A stretch of DNA of 64,000 nucleotides from Lingula anatina (GCA_051362555.1 CM120643.1:17922848-17986847), one strand, 5' to 3'. Numbered from the stretch's first letter, positions 37,454 to 51,303 are shown. Program-made: numbers and translations. Notes: generated by a model not told the origin, from the letters alone.

Positions 37454-40400
37454 TTGCTTAGTTCGCATTTACTTTCATCTAACATCCATTGCACATTTAA
37501 AATATCAAGTTTTACTTTAAGCACATAAAGCGCACATAAAATCATTCACAAACACTCATAATCTCTGCTTCGAAACAATGTGACAGGTGTTGGGTAATTT
37601 TGCGCCATTTTTCTTGCGATAGTGCTGCTCATTAGCATATTGTTCATTAATCAATCTCTGCTAATTTTCTCAACAGAGCCCAGCTGGGAAAACTGATATA
37701 TGTTTAAGACCATATGCTGTGTACTCTACAGGCTCTGAGTAATGTTCCTCATTAAAAGTGAGAATTCTTTTATAGAGAGACTACTTATATATAATAATAT
37801 CTTTCTTTTTTTAAAGTCTCTTTCATAATTTTGTATTGATTATTGTAGGCTGACATTTATTTCATTCACATTTTTTTTTCAAATTAAAAAACAATAGTTT
37901 TATTTGAACATATAGAGAATCACAGTTTCAACAAATTTATTTTATAGTTCATTTAAGGCTAATACATACTTTTTTCTAGTTGTCTTTTTTTTATACATAA
38001 TGACGTAAAATAACTTTCAACAAATCACCCTCTTCACCAAGAATGTGCTTGACAGAAACCTTTTAGTGTCCGAATAAAAACTCAAATTGCAATGGCTTCT
38101 CAGAAATTCTAGACACAGCTCTTATACAAAGACACAGCTCTTAATCCACTTACAGATCCTGAAAGACATAATGTAATGAGGATGTGACCAAATGCTTGCA
38201 ATTCAACACTCATCCTATTGACGTTAATAGGAAGTAATCTAGCTAAAAGTCCGGAACTGCCTTTAAGATAATTCCATTGCTTTATTCCTCTGCATGAAAA
38301 AACTAAATATCAATCGAAGAAAAGAAGATCAAAATAAATCACTTCGATGATTACTGCATTTTTGTCTGCAGATAATGATTCAACTGTTATGTGATAAGTA
38401 CAGCTGTTCATATGAATAATTACAATTCACAGGGTTTGACAAAAACAGGAAAAAAACTTGTCAATGTTATTTAATATCTATACATTTACATAATCAGTGG
38501 AAATAAATACCATTTGATTCAAGAAAAGAATAAATATTTTACTTCAAGCACAAGCTTTGTCCTGAGCATGTATTTTCTTATTATCATAATAACTAAAAAT
38601 ATTTCACTAAATTTCATCAAGATGCCATACTAGTTTTCAGTTCCACAATTATGAATTATCACAATATATAAACAAGAATGATTCATACAGTAGGTTACAA
38701 ACCATAACTGCTGGTATGAATTCAGAAACAAGCCATCTCACGACATCACTTATAATGATGCGAATGGCTCACAGACTAAACAAGATTGATACACAAGATT
38801 GATTTATCATTCTTGAGGTTAATATTATCTCTTTTCATCATAGAACCAAGTAGATCCGCCGACTAACTAAGCCGAGATCAACTATGGTGCAACACACTTG
38901 GAAGCATGTAGAAATTTAATTGCTCTGCCCCTGCACACATGGGAGGCAGGGAATCCATTGTCAAGTGTGCGCCATATTTGATCTGTGGATCAGTTAGTCC
39001 ATGAAACAACTTGGTATTAACCAGACCCATACTAAATATCTTCAGAAGAACCCAATCTTATTTTCTTATTGTATCTATCATTAATAACTTCTGTTTTCCT
39101 TTTTTTTTTCTTCTTCTTTTAAAAACGTCTACATGCAGAGATCGATGTGAACTAGCTTTATGCAGTACAGGACACAAGAACAGTCAGCAAGTTCTTATAA
39201 ACTAGTCTAAGTTTTCAGTCAACACTGATCTTTTTATGACTATGCAGTCAAAACACATGAAAATTTACCCCCAATTTGAAATTCCACATCACCAAGCATA
39301 TAAAGGCTTTGGCTGTGGGCAATATTTAAATTCAATTCCCTTTGTTAAAAAATCTCAAACAGAAAAATAGCAGCTATTGTGCAAGAAATCTAATCTGAGC
39401 CCACTTTCCCTTGGAGGCGTGTGGGTCCAAAACCACAGCCAACAAATATCACCGTGTTCCAGACTCAGAAACTGTGTTCAGGCATGTTTTTAACAAAATC
39501 GTTTTAAGTCTGAACTTCAAGAAACAGACACTTGATTGCAATCACCTTTTGCTATACAGTCTGCTGTTAATTTTGATGATAATAAGTGTAGGGGATATAA
39601 GATGAACAGAAGCAATGCATAGTGAAGGGCGATTGCAATTAAGTGTCTACTACCTGGGTCTAAAAGTTGGACAACTTTTGTAAAGACTGTGGTGAACAAT
39701 GACACACAGCAAAAGAGCCTAAGAGATTTTTGACCTCTGAAATCACATTTTTTACTGAATAGGCAGGGATATCAAAGTCAGTCAAACAAAGTCAGTCAAA
39801 CAAAATTTTCTCAAGATAATTATAGATTTCATGTATGCAAACAGGATGGAACAGTTTTTCCTCAAAAAATACCATAGACTTGAGATACTTTTTTGGTTAA
39901 AATGTTGCTAAAATGGAAAAGGTCTTGAACTTCATACGGCCAAGCCCTGTGATGACAAAACCCTAACCCTGTGCCAAAGCCATCCATTTAGATCTGAATA
40001 CCATTCTGATAAACTTTTATTTCATATTTCTTTTCAAAAGACAGACCACATCCTGTCCTTGGGCAACTAGTGGATAATGACCTTCTGTCTGGTATTTCAA
40101 TTGCTCAACTTGGTGAAAAAACCCATCAACTTTCTTTTATCATAATGGAAAGAAGTTAATTTAAATTTAACTCAAGGTATAAGAGAGTATTATATAAATT
40201 ACTACTGGTAATATTTCATAATACAAACCCTTGAGCATAAATATCAAGACAAAAATGTTTGTCCCTGTTTACCCCATCCTGAGCTCCCCCCCCCCCCCCC
40301 CCTCCCCAAATTCCCAAACTGTCCATCTTCCTACTAGAACACCATGGGAAGTTGATAAGTGACACAGAAGAAAAGCTTTATTATGACGAGCAAATGTGAA

Positions 40401-43400
40401 ACATTAATGAATATACTTGTGGGCTCTATCTCCCTCCCTTTAACAAAATCTTGTTAAATGATCTCTCCGATTTCCTCAAATAGATCTAGGGCTGGATGGG
40501 AGTTCCTATTACCCCAAAGAACATAAAATGCAATCATAAAACAGTGTAATAACTTCTTTCACTAGTCTTAACCAAAATATACAATAAATTACTCGTGTGT
40601 ACCTTGGCATCTTCAAACATAGACCTTCCATGACAGGCAAGTGTGAAACATAAAGATATGGTGTTAATTGCCTTCCTCCACTCCTCTGCCCCTTTTCAAA
40701 TCTTTGAAATGAATTATCGGAAATCCAAATTAAACATCACTCCTAATGGTGTTTTTCCCATCCCTCATCCTCTCCAAACTCATTTGTTTTCACATTCACT
40801 CTAATAATTTGTTAGAAGTGAAAGTCCAATATGTTGAAGTGAAGCATGTGTGGATTACAAAATGAATAAGTATATGTTGAATATATAAAGAGTATTGTCA
40901 AACATTAGGTATATTTCAATGCACACAAGCACATGTCAAATGCACGTAAAGCATTGTTAAAATGTTAAGTACATGTTCCAATATGCCCAAGTATAAGTGT
41001 GATATGTGTATTGTTATACATTAAAGGGATAATAACTCTTCGTATGAAATCTGTATTTCACAATAAAAACATTGTGAGTGACTCATAAAAATATAATATA
41101 TTCTGTTTTCCCACAAAAACGGCTGTTATAGCTATTATTCTGATATCTGAGCTTGTCTTTAGACCACGTGACCTCCATTGATGGCTATACTCTGTTAAAA
41201 TCTCTTAAGAGATTTTAACAAAAAACCAAACTTTTTAGAAAAAAACCAGGGACTAACTTTGAATGTAAAAATGGATTCATTAACCATTGGTAAGTATGGG
41301 AAAATTGTTGTTTACTCCAGGAAAATTCATTTTTTGGCCGAAACGAAGAGTTATTATCACTTTAAGTATGTGTATCAATATGCCTAAGTGTATGTCCACA
41401 AATTATGACCACTGGAAGACACCCAGAAGTATTACCTAATTAACCCACTGACCACAGCTAGGGTTGTTACCTTTCATCCAGCTTAATCACCTGACTTTAG
41501 TAGCCACCAAAATGTTGGACACTTTCAGCATATTTTCACACGACATAATAAAATTATTGGACGCCCATACCTGTATAAGTACCGGTACAAGTGCCTAACA
41601 TGAGGTACATAAACAGAATTGAACTGTGTCTGACCATCCCGAGTTTCAGAGAGACTACCAGAAACTACCTTAACCATCAGGGTTCTACTACTGTTTTCAG
41701 TAACCCCAGAAACTCAGGGTGCTATATAACAGTGTCCAATGAGATTTCACCCAGGCACTCAGACTGGCCTGTAATGACTATTGATCTCTGTACAAAAATA
41801 AGAGAGTACTTCAAGCGACGGGCAATTTTTTTTTCTGGCATAAAATGAAATCTATGTTCAACTGCCATTTAGTTCTGTAGTGAGTGCCATTCTTCTCTTT
41901 CTTTTCAATAAACCAGCAAAATCCATCTGCTGTGTTATGAACTTAACGTTAAAATAACATTATAATTTTGTCCTTTTAAGTTGAATTTAATATTTGTGGG
42001 CGTACAGTAGATGATTAATATGAAGTGTTGAAAGTCTTAGTCCAGTACCTCTGCCTGAGGAGGGGTGTTGGTCATTTTAGCCACTTCCCATATTTATTTG
42101 ACCACTGATAAGGGTGAGGAGGTCAATCTACAACCGAAGCAATAACCTAAAAGTGATGGTCAACACAGTTGGCTGGAGTGGTGCCTCTGGTGGTATTACC
42201 TGACCACCCTGACACTGACCACATGTGTGAGCTGGTCAAGCTGATGGTCAGACAGGCATGGCAATGGTCAGTGTTAATTGAAATCAATTGATTAGGGCAT
42301 ATGCCCTGCAGATACAATGTGTGCCTTTCTATTGGATTACTACTGCTTGATTTTTTTTGGGGGGGGATTTTATAAATTTATAGAACCAATAATTATGTAT
42401 TTATTGTAATATGGTGAAAAAAATTTTTGAGTTATATTTTGCTCATATTAATTAATATACATCAAGTCAGTAAGTACGTATCTGATGATATCAGTTTATT
42501 CAGTATAAGGAAACACCATAAAGGAAGGATTCTGTCCACTGCAGCCTGTAAAACTTTACCTACTCACAGTCTACAAGCACAGGTACCAAAATAAAGACAG
42601 CATTATGGTGTAGCCAGACACAGAAGTACTTGAATGTGTCTTGATTAATGAGGTTATATGGGGGAGGGCAGGCCTATGAGATAACAACTTAAGTGTGCTG
42701 GCTACTTGTGGCCACTTCATCTGTAAACTGACCTGGTGAAGATATGTCTGTGGACCAGCACTGGACACTCCCAATGACCAGCTTCATTAACAAAGATTGA
42801 TTGCAACTCATTTTACGATAACAACAATGACACTGTATGAAATGTACAGTGAGAAGAACCCTTTGTCTTATTGGCAAAGTTTGACAGCAACTCGGTTCCA
42901 ATGGCAGAATTCAATATATATCAACTACAATTTGGAAAGCCCCCCCCCCCCCCCCCCCCCCACCTCACCCATGGCTTAACTTGTCAACAAAGTTTGAAAT
43001 CAACTCACAAAATATAACATTTACAACACAACAGGCACAATGGATAGCAAATATGCCTGGTAAATCTGGATGATATAATTATACTACATAGATACCCACG
43101 TTCCAGTTAATAGAATTTGCAATAGATAAAGATGCTACTGCAGTCTGCAAATAAATCTGACACATGTCAGTGTCAGTTCTGATTTTTTTCATCATTTAAT
43201 TATGAAACCTTTCCAATATTTACCTTTTTAATCTTGGATTAAATTGCGAGTTTGTCAATGTAATTAAGGCAGAGGCCCAAAATGAATATAAGGCATGAGA
43301 CTAATCAAAGAAACTGTTGGTATAGATGGAATGTATTTTAACTGGTATTTATGAAAAACTTCTTCTTAATCAGAGGGCATAGTGAACATCAAGTCAGAAT

Positions 43401-46400
43401 AATCTGAACATTCACTTCCTTTTTAATGTTTTTCTCATTCCTGTCCTCCCTCTCCTCATTTGCAGGTTTGCAAATAATTTAAAAGACTAATGATATTTAA
43501 CTAACAAAATAATATCAATAATATACATAATCATCAAAGCTGGTATTTTCATAACATCTTCGTCATAAAACTTCTGTAAGTGTTGTGTATTTAAGGATAT
43601 TTTATTTGGAATTTCGTGCCAAATCTAATTTTCCAAGAGAAAAAAGCCATTTTCTCTTACTCACAAACACTGCTCAACCTGTCCTTGCATTTGGAATAGA
43701 TGCTGTGCACAATTCAAAATATAAATGACTAAATCTTGGAGAGTAGACAAGCCTATATATAAATTAGTGCAAGTAAAGACTATAGAAGAAAACCTTACCT
43801 ACCCCAAAAAAATAGACTAATTTCATGTATCTTTGAAACTAGGGCAAATAGTTTTTTTTCTATATAAACTGCATACAGATGTAAAGCAGATGCACAATAT
43901 TTTGGCCTTGAACTTGGAAAAAAATCAGCAATCACATCTTATGACTGAATTATATTTTCATTATTTATTACTACTGTGAGTCAGACAACAACTCTTGATG
44001 TCACAGGGGCACATATCGGTAGTGTATTTCCTCCTTGTTATATTACACTAATTACTCACCAAATTTGAACCATACCGATTAATCATTTTTCCAAAATTAT
44101 TTCTTTGGTAACCTCAGAAAAAAAAGATTATTAAGAAGTCTTTTAAAGCAAGCTAGATTCACTTAGGGTAGTCTTTGTGAGGTACAAGAAATAAAAAAAA
44201 TCTTGTAAAAAAAAAAGGATAGAATTAGTGAGGTGTGTAAAATTTTTGAACAATTCCCATAATCTTAAAGCACTTTAATAAAACCCTTCCCTCCCTATCA
44301 AAATCAACAAATGTAATCACTAACAACATAGGAAATAATCCTTATGAACATGGTTTATCTAACTGTGTATCGGTATCCATAATAGTGCCAACTCGCTGCT
44401 GTACTTTCTCAAAAATATCGACGTGCTCGGAAGTAAGGTATTTTCATACAAAATAAAGCCACATAATACAGTGTTGGCTTAACATCCGATAGACTTGTAT
44501 CATTGTTGTTGGTTCCCTTCCTGACTTTTGACTCTTAAATTCCGCCCCAATCTCTATGTATTGATCTATTATGACATAAGACTGCTGGAATATCCAAACT
44601 ATCCTTTTAATATTGACCGCTGTATAATAACTAATACAAGGTCAGTTCTTCTCACCAGTATGCTAAAGGTGTCCTCAGACATTTCTAGTCTGGACAGTGG
44701 TCAGCGATTTTTACAGTTTGACCAATGAAGGTATAAACTATGGGCCTAAACTACTGGTAGTAGTCTACTGTCTCCCAACATGACAACACTTTTCTCACAT
44801 TTGTTCAGATACAGTACTAGTAATAGCTTAGAATAAACATGTCTGATAAAAATATCACTGTGTATTGGAAAGAAAAAGGGGAGATGTGTTGTTACTTCAT
44901 GCACAATGGTAAGCTAATTTTTCAGGCTGGTGAGGTAAATGTATTTATACAGTGAAAAGAAGTCCACATTTGTTCGGTTCGAAGTTACTTGGGCCCAGTT
45001 TCACAACAAAGTTTAAATATCGAGTCTGCTTTATGAATTAAAAAAGAAATATCTAAAACCAGCACTACAAAGGATTTAACTTGAAACGAAGACGACCAAA
45101 TTTTTTCTTTCTGTCTTTCGGTTTTCTTATATTGCCCCAGACTTTCTGCTGCTGGGTATGAAAAGAGGGGGCCAATTTTTGGTCACCAAGGTGTTCCAGG
45201 GTAATTGTCACTTCACAGTAAATGAAATACAACTCAACACTGGCAAACAAAACAAAACATGAGAACAAACATGAAACAATGTCAAAATAAATCAACCTTG
45301 TGGAATCAAATGTCACTTCTGCTTCGTGATTACAATCAATGAGAGTTGTATTCAATTATATATACACAGCTTTAATTCATACCAAAAAATAATGTAATTT
45401 TTTTCATAAGGAGAAGAATACTACACAAGGACTGGGGGGCTTTTTTTTCAATAAAGCACAACAAATCGACATGCTTGCCACAAATGACAAGTGTACTAAG
45501 CTATTATGACTACCTTCCAACTTTTTTTGTCAAAAAACTACGAGTACATGTTCCTGAAAATGCCATGTGCTTTTCACATTAAATGTCTAGAATTTGGTTC
45601 TTTGTGTGTGCCATTAAGGATAACTGTGGCAACTTTAAAAGCATACCTTGATGATATAACCATTTACACTTACCTTAACTTTTGTTACAGCATTAGAAAT
45701 AACCACAAAAAAAAAGAACAATAGGGTAAAGGAGTTCTTAGTGTGAAATCCCACTCACTCCTTCAAAATGAATACCACAATTTGGTGACAAAGTGTGGAG
45801 TAATATTATAATACTTGTCCAATACGAGACCCTCAAAAATATTCTTTTGTCTCTTGTTCTAGTGCACCAATGGAAAACCAAGGGCAACTCAGGACAAAAA
45901 AAAAACTCTGTCATGATAAATATTTGAGCAGCAGTCAAATCTAAAGAGATAATTGATGGTTAATAAAACTGCAATGACACCCCCCTGAAGCTCCAATCTT
46001 CCTCTGTCACCCCTTTGAACAAAATCTTTACTCTGGTCAAACACTTCTTTGCCATTTTTTTTTTCAACAAATTTATTCCATAACTGCAGAAACTATTCAA
46101 AATTTTGCAAATTAGAAAGACATTCCTCAATAACACAAGTTAATCTATTGTGGAATCAAACAGAGAAAAAAATACCAGAAGCACTATTGCACAATATCAC
46201 ATATGGTTTCGTTCTCTATTCTCTTCATGTAATCACTTCAGTTAGGTATTTACAATGGAGAAGGCTGTCAAGCTCCTGAAGATGGTTCAGTGATCAAAGA
46301 CACATTGTACATGGTAAATGTACCATGTCATTACTTTCCCCAGGTTGCCTCTGGGCAGTTGAATTTGAGGGCAGCTAGACAGTAAAAGAAGTCGGGCTCA

Positions 46401-48879
46401 AGAATGCAAAGCGTAATTGGTCAAGTCTTTAGCATTACTATCTATAATATAATGGAATCTATGATAATACAACAAAAATACTTGATATGGGGGTATATTT
46501 TAAGAAAGAAACACAATTTGCAGAACTGCAGGCTTACTTTTTTAATTTAGAATAAGATCAATTTCCCACAAAACAGTGAATGGGGTTGAGACAGACGAGT
46601 TGGTAGGTGTGTGTGGGGGGGAGGGAATAAGAGGCTGAAGCATTACATCACAGGTTATCATGAAGTTTTTTATCGGTCATTTGGTGCATTTTTTTGCATT
46701 TATGATACCAGACAGATGGTGCAGCCATTAAAAATTTAACACCTGCACCAATAAAATGTTAAACTGAACACTAATATCCCCATGACTCTGTCTCCACTCT
46801 GATATCTAGTGATCAGTATTTTTTAAATGATTGTAGACTACAGTGATATGATAATTCGCTGTTTTGACAAAAATCTCCTGACTTATTTGCATTTTACGTA
46901 TCAGATTTACCAGTACTGCTATAATTCTAAACCCATTTTATTGTTCAACTGATCAATTTTGCATCTATTTATTATCATTTTAACATCTTATCTGTCTAAT
47001 TATCAATCTATCCCTCCATCAATTCACTTTTATTATTTATTTTTACCATTACTTATTGATTCATGTGCTTATTTATTCAGCTTTTTACTTATTTATCAAT
47101 CTACTTTTTCATCTGTTATTCATGCATTACATTTGGTACTAGTACATCTCACAGTAACTATGAGCAAACACAATATACTTATCAGTTACATTTTACAGTG
47201 ACTAACCCCTCCCCCCCCCCCCCCTCTACCCAAATGTCTGCTCTTGTATCCCTTTGGGATATTATGGTAAAAGCCTACTCAATCACTGAAAATGTCAAAT
47301 GTATGTGCTCCTCATTTAACAACCATCTCATCTCACAGAAAATGCCTGAAGTGTCTTCTGCACTAAAAAAAAATAACCCATAGCAGGATCAGAAAGATAA
47401 AGACATTTTTTTTTGAGCACACATAATTCCCATATATTGCAATCAGCGCCATCATCAAATAGAAGTTTTAGTATTGTGTACAGCACCAAGCCAGCACAGA
47501 CATAGGAGTGTTGTACAACAGTGTCAGACAGGCAATAAAAATGTCCTCCCAATTTATATGGCTTTAGCAATTATGATGTTACCCAGACCAAGACCACACA
47601 TGCTTACTAGTATAGTTCAGAAACACCATTTTTCTTCTCTTGAATGGGACACCATTCTGTCTCCATGAACCCTCAACAATGCATGATATCAAAATCCCAA
47701 GACCACATTACACAATGGTCCTACTTTTTCCAAGTGACCAAACATATCTCGCTCGCTGCACATTAACTAGATCAAGTAGGAAAGGCCTGGGGCCTCCTAG
47801 GAACAAAATGTCATTAACACAGTTGCGTTCCGATGGGGATTCAGTGATCGATACTGGCCTTAATGGTGTTTAACAACATAGCCTTAGATAATGAAACACT
47901 ATGGCAGTCAGACTCTTTGCTCTTTTGAGATACTTGGATCAGACTACAATAATCTACTTTTACCAGAGGACTACAATTTTTTTCCCTTTTGCTTCTACAT
48001 CACTTGGTCATCAGAGTGTGAAAACCATTTACTTATGCATCTATAGGGAAATTGCACCTTAACAATATGCTTAATTGGATCATTCTTGCTGAGAGACATA
48101 CAGGACTCCTAAATGACATTTAGTTTTTCATTCAGCAGAAATAAAATTGAAGCCATCATATGTCAACATTATAATCTTATTTTCTAATTTCTTTTCAGAT
48201 ATATACAGAATCATCCTTAATCATCAAGGACTTTGATCAATATTACCCTTATCAATAATGATATGGTTTTTGCTGAAAAACTACAAGATTTATCATGAAT
48301 ATTGAAAGACAGTATTATGTGTCTAAGACAAATGAGACTCTTGATGAAATTAATGCTGCTTCTTATGTCTCTGCATCTAAAAATAAAGTTAAGTATACTA
48401 GTACACAATAAGAGAGCAGTTATATATGTCAGACTGTTTTTTTCTTTGCCTTTTGCATGTGTGCCAGAGTCCCAGTGAGTCATAGTGACCTGTGAAGATG
48501 TGACTTGAATGAAAAAAGTTCATGTCCCGGCTAGTCTTATTTTGTGCATGACATGAAGCATAACGGGCACCTTGTTTGTAAAAACTCAGCAAGCGCTACT
48601 TTAGAGTGGACTACCTAGTGATTTACAGAAGTGATGTAAAGAAAAATGGTAGCAGAGACTATTACACATATATATATATCATAATATGTAAGACGAATGT
48701 GTGCTTGTTCGTGAGGATGTGTATTAGGGAGAAAAAGAGAGATGGAAGGAAGGAAAGAGAAGGGGAGAGGAAAGAAGAGATTGAGAGACATAAGACCCCC
48801 CCCCCCCCCCCCCTTTGAAATGAATGAAATATAGCCCCTTTCCACTTACCGGTTTCATCGCGTTCATCGTCTCACGCAT
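14445..48879 (-). CDS. BCAR1: p130Cas / breast cancer anti-estrogen resistance 1-like Cas family scaffold (~930 aa)
   Basis: Exons 48879-48850 (MRETMNAMKP), 28950-28660 (SH3: LAKALYDNIAETPEELAFRRGD...GWWLC...GIAPGNRL) and 16916-14445 (YxxP substrate domain, serine-rich four-helix bundle, RPLP and YDYV Src-binding motifs, C-terminal FAT-like domain QPPKVFIAHSKFVVLGAHKLVYIGDTL...ALQYPS). All junctions are phase 0. Confidence 0.93.
17712..17816. repeat. Compound (GA)n-(GT)n microsatellite
   Basis: Read directly from the sequence. Confidence 0.95.
20950..20991 (-). CDS. BCAR1: Candidate 42-nt in-frame cassette exon of BCAR1 (GNDNNKLNREYMLE)
   Basis: Minus strand reads ttaatag|GGA...GAG|GTAAGT: perfect donor, phase 0-0, no stop codon. 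Confidence 0.4.
22145..22172. mobile_element. Terminal fragment of the same MITE family as 11159-11350
   Basis: tctaaatctctgggaatgcaccctaaga is identical to 11323-11350. Confidence 0.6.
26040..26089. repeat. Poly-T homopolymer (~50 nt)
   Basis: Read directly from the sequence. Confidence 0.9.
28660..28950 (-). CDS. BCAR1: BCAR1 SH3 exon
   Basis: ttacag|cat ... aag|gtaag on the minus strand; 97 codons, Cas-type SH3. Confidence 0.95.
30317..30361. repeat. Poly-C homopolymer (~45 nt)
   Basis: Read directly from the sequence. Confidence 0.9.
30586..30823. mobile_element. Possible degenerate Harbinger-like MITE
   Basis: Ends ggccacgttcacact and agtgaacaaggcc form an imperfect inverted repeat. 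Confidence 0.35.
31943..32116. mobile_element. Non-autonomous DNA transposon (MITE) with 15-bp TIRs and 5-bp target-site duplication
   Basis: TIRs caggcccgtagccag and ctggctatgggcctg (1 mismatch). Flanked by aactg on both sides (31938-31942 and 32117-32121). Internal direct repeat agtggacctttt. Confidence 0.85.
35313..35392. repeat. Compound (TA)n-(GA)n microsatellite
   Basis: Read directly from the sequence. Confidence 0.95.
38861..38999. mobile_element. Degenerate fold-back MITE, related to 62691-62854
   Basis: Left arm gactaactaagccgagatcaactatggtgcaacacacttg resembles the reverse complement of the right arm, gactaactgatccacagatcaaatatggcgcacacttg. It shares gactaact...tcaaatatggcg with the copy at 62.7 kb. 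Confidence 0.6.
41025..41361. mobile_element. Kolobok-like non-autonomous DNA transposon
   Basis: TTAA target duplication (41021-41024 and 41362-41365); 19-bp TIR agggataataactcttcgt / acgaagagttattatcact (1 mismatch). The AG...CT termini fit Kolobok rather than piggyBac. Perfect 28-bp central palindrome at 41193-41220. Confidence 0.85.
48850..48879 (-). CDS. BCAR1: BCAR1 probable first coding exon (MRETMNAMKP)
   Basis: ATG...CCG|GTAAGT, a strong phase-0 donor, at the edge of a CpG-rich island (about 48850-49250) facing away from KARS1. Confidence 0.7.
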
Positions 48880-49189
48880 CTGTACTTAATGTCCAACAGC
48901 TGAGCCAAGTTTTACAATACGGAGGTACAAACAATAAACAGGACCAGTTCACCCTTTCTTTTCTTTGACACTCCTGTCAAACTTCACACTCGGGTCGTCC
49001 CGTTACAAAACGCCTCTGTAGCTGACTTTAATTCTTGTCGGCTAAGCAGCGTCGCCTGCTTACCGCCATGACCGAAGTAAATCAAATTCACCGCAGCAAA
49101 CTCAGAAAAAATCGATAAATGTAGGAGATTCCCAACTTGTCGTTTATCCTACAGAATTTGACCCATAAATGACCTGAGAGGAAAACACC

Positions 49190-49330
49190 CGGATGTTGAT
49201 ACTGCGCTTGCCCAAAGCGCGCTTCCACTTCCGATGTGACGTCATTGATTGACCATATTTGGAATGGGTGCACTTCAAAATGAATCATCGAGTGCAATGT
49301 AAATAAATGGATGTTTATACATCCAATCAA
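49190..49330 (-). promoter_or_regulatory. Putative BCAR1 core promoter (ETS, full CRE, CCAAT)
   Basis: CpG-rich; ACTTCCG at 49227-49233, palindromic TGACGTCA at 49237-49244, CCAAT near 49323; lies just upstream of the first exon on the minus strand. Confidence 0.55.
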
Positions 49331-50081
49331 GCAGTTAATATATATGAATTGTGATAGTGCAAAAAGTAATAAAACGTTAAACGTACTTAATTCTTACACA
49401 ATTTGTTTCCATCACCTGTAAATTGCAATACGTAATATGTTTTTCCTGTTTTGCAACGCAGACAACTTTATGGTCTGTTTTATAAGCATTGCTGTTGGTT
49501 TTCATGTCTGGAAACTGGAATGTTTGATAAGGCAATTAACTTAAAAATAATGCTTATATTTGATGATAATTGGAATTTGGAAAAGAAAGGCAGGAAAATA
49601 AAGGGGAAATTATGGAGGAAAATGTTTATCTAGTGGCTGCAAGACGCCAGTTTTCCAGAAAGTTTCATATACAATTTTGTCATGCCGTTGAAAACGCCAC
49701 AAACAAGTTTTGGAATAAAAGAAATTTTAAAAAAATTAATTTGAAATTAAAGGAGACTGAAGAAAAATTTTGATCAAACTATTGTACAGATATATATTTA
49801 TTTCTTATATTATCCTAGATGGTAGTTTAAAAGACAGAGTGGAGAAAACTAAATGGGCGACTCCACTTATCCGACTTGTGCTCTGTTCTGACTTTTTAAG
49901 TTTGAGTAGTAAACTTGTACATCTATGTGCAGTATCTAAAGTAGATTCCACTTTAAAGGCTAATTCATGTTCAAAATATTTTTGCTATATGTTATCTTAT
50001 TTATTCTAGTTCAGTTTCAAATTGAATTGTGGCAAAATAAAGTTTTCAGCAACTCATATTGTAAGCAAAACGTCGCAACTG

Positions 50082-50083
<2 letters not shown>

Positions 50084-50133
<50 letters not shown>
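50084..50133. repeat. (TA)n microsatellite
   Basis: Read directly from the sequence. Confidence 0.95.
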
Positions 50134-50136
<3 letters not shown>

Positions 50137-50575
50137 GGGGTGAAGTAGGGGGACCGGGTCTAGTTGACCCAGTTAGACACTTATAAGCTTGTAGTGCAAA
50201 GAATAAGTTGGAGCAACAGAACCGGTTTTAGAACGCGCGCCAAGGACTAAGCTACAAATACAACGTCACTGTTTTGCAGGTTATGTAAAGCCACATGGTT
50301 CACTTTTTGACAAAATAAAAATTAAGGTCGAGGCAAGTTGGCACCTTATAATTTAATAAGTTAGCAATTCATGTAATCGCCAGAAATGTATTTTTGCGCA
50401 TTTCATTTTATTACGTTAATGTTTGAGAGTCTGTTTACTCTACGAGCATAGTCCATATGAGGCAGATATATTAATGCTTCTATACACTTACTTCAATATA
50501 TTGTGTTGTTTGAATAACACAACAAGATACAGGTGAAACTTGCCCTAAGTCAAGTGGTGCAACTTACCCCAGATG
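50134..50575. mobile_element. Probable degenerate DNA-transposon fragment abutting a (TA)n array
   Basis: CpG-richer block starting right at the TA array, with dispersed inverted sub-terminal motifs (gggtctagttgac, ggcaagttggcacc versus gtgaaacttgccc, ggtgcaacttacccc). Boundaries uncertain. Confidence 0.4.
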
Positions 50576-51303
50576 CACATTTTAAAAATTATTATTTGTA
50601 AGTTTTTCAGCCATTTTTCGTGCTGGAATGAACTACGTTGAGACTTTCATGCGAAGTTTTAAGTACTTAACTTTAGTTCCTTTATACTATGTATCTTTCT
50701 GTCAAAAGGCTATGAAAATAGATTTTAAAATCTCTTCGACAAAGTTACTTTCAGATGAAGAAAACGTTAAACTCTACGTTTACTTTTTTCCGACAGACGC
50801 TTTCTTGGCATTAATTTAGAGACATGGTCACATTATACGATTTTATGAAAGGCCAATTCCTGTAATTTCACCTGTGGAGCGTGTAACAGTATGTACATGT
50901 ATATTATAAGACTGATAGAGCTTGGTTGCTCTACAAGACTACAACATTTTAATTTTATTTAGGGTTGAAAAAGTATTATAATCTCCAAAAAGAATGTGCC
51001 GGGACCGGCTTATAAAATGAAATATATATGTTTCAAAGTAGGCCTATTATTAAAAAAACGCATTCATGGTGCATTCATTTTGTTCTGCTATATAAAAACT
51101 TTATTGACAAAAACAAATAATTATTCTTTGATTTTTTTTTTTTTTTTTTTTGAATTGTTTTGTTTAATTTCCTTTACAAAAAACCGGCCACTCCTGATTT
51201 CAAAAGACCGTTTGGTGTTTTCAAAAACATTATTAATTAAACTGCAGTTAAACTAGCCCAGCTTCGTTGCTAACAAATGTGTCAGGTGTTCTTGACCTTT
51301 CGC

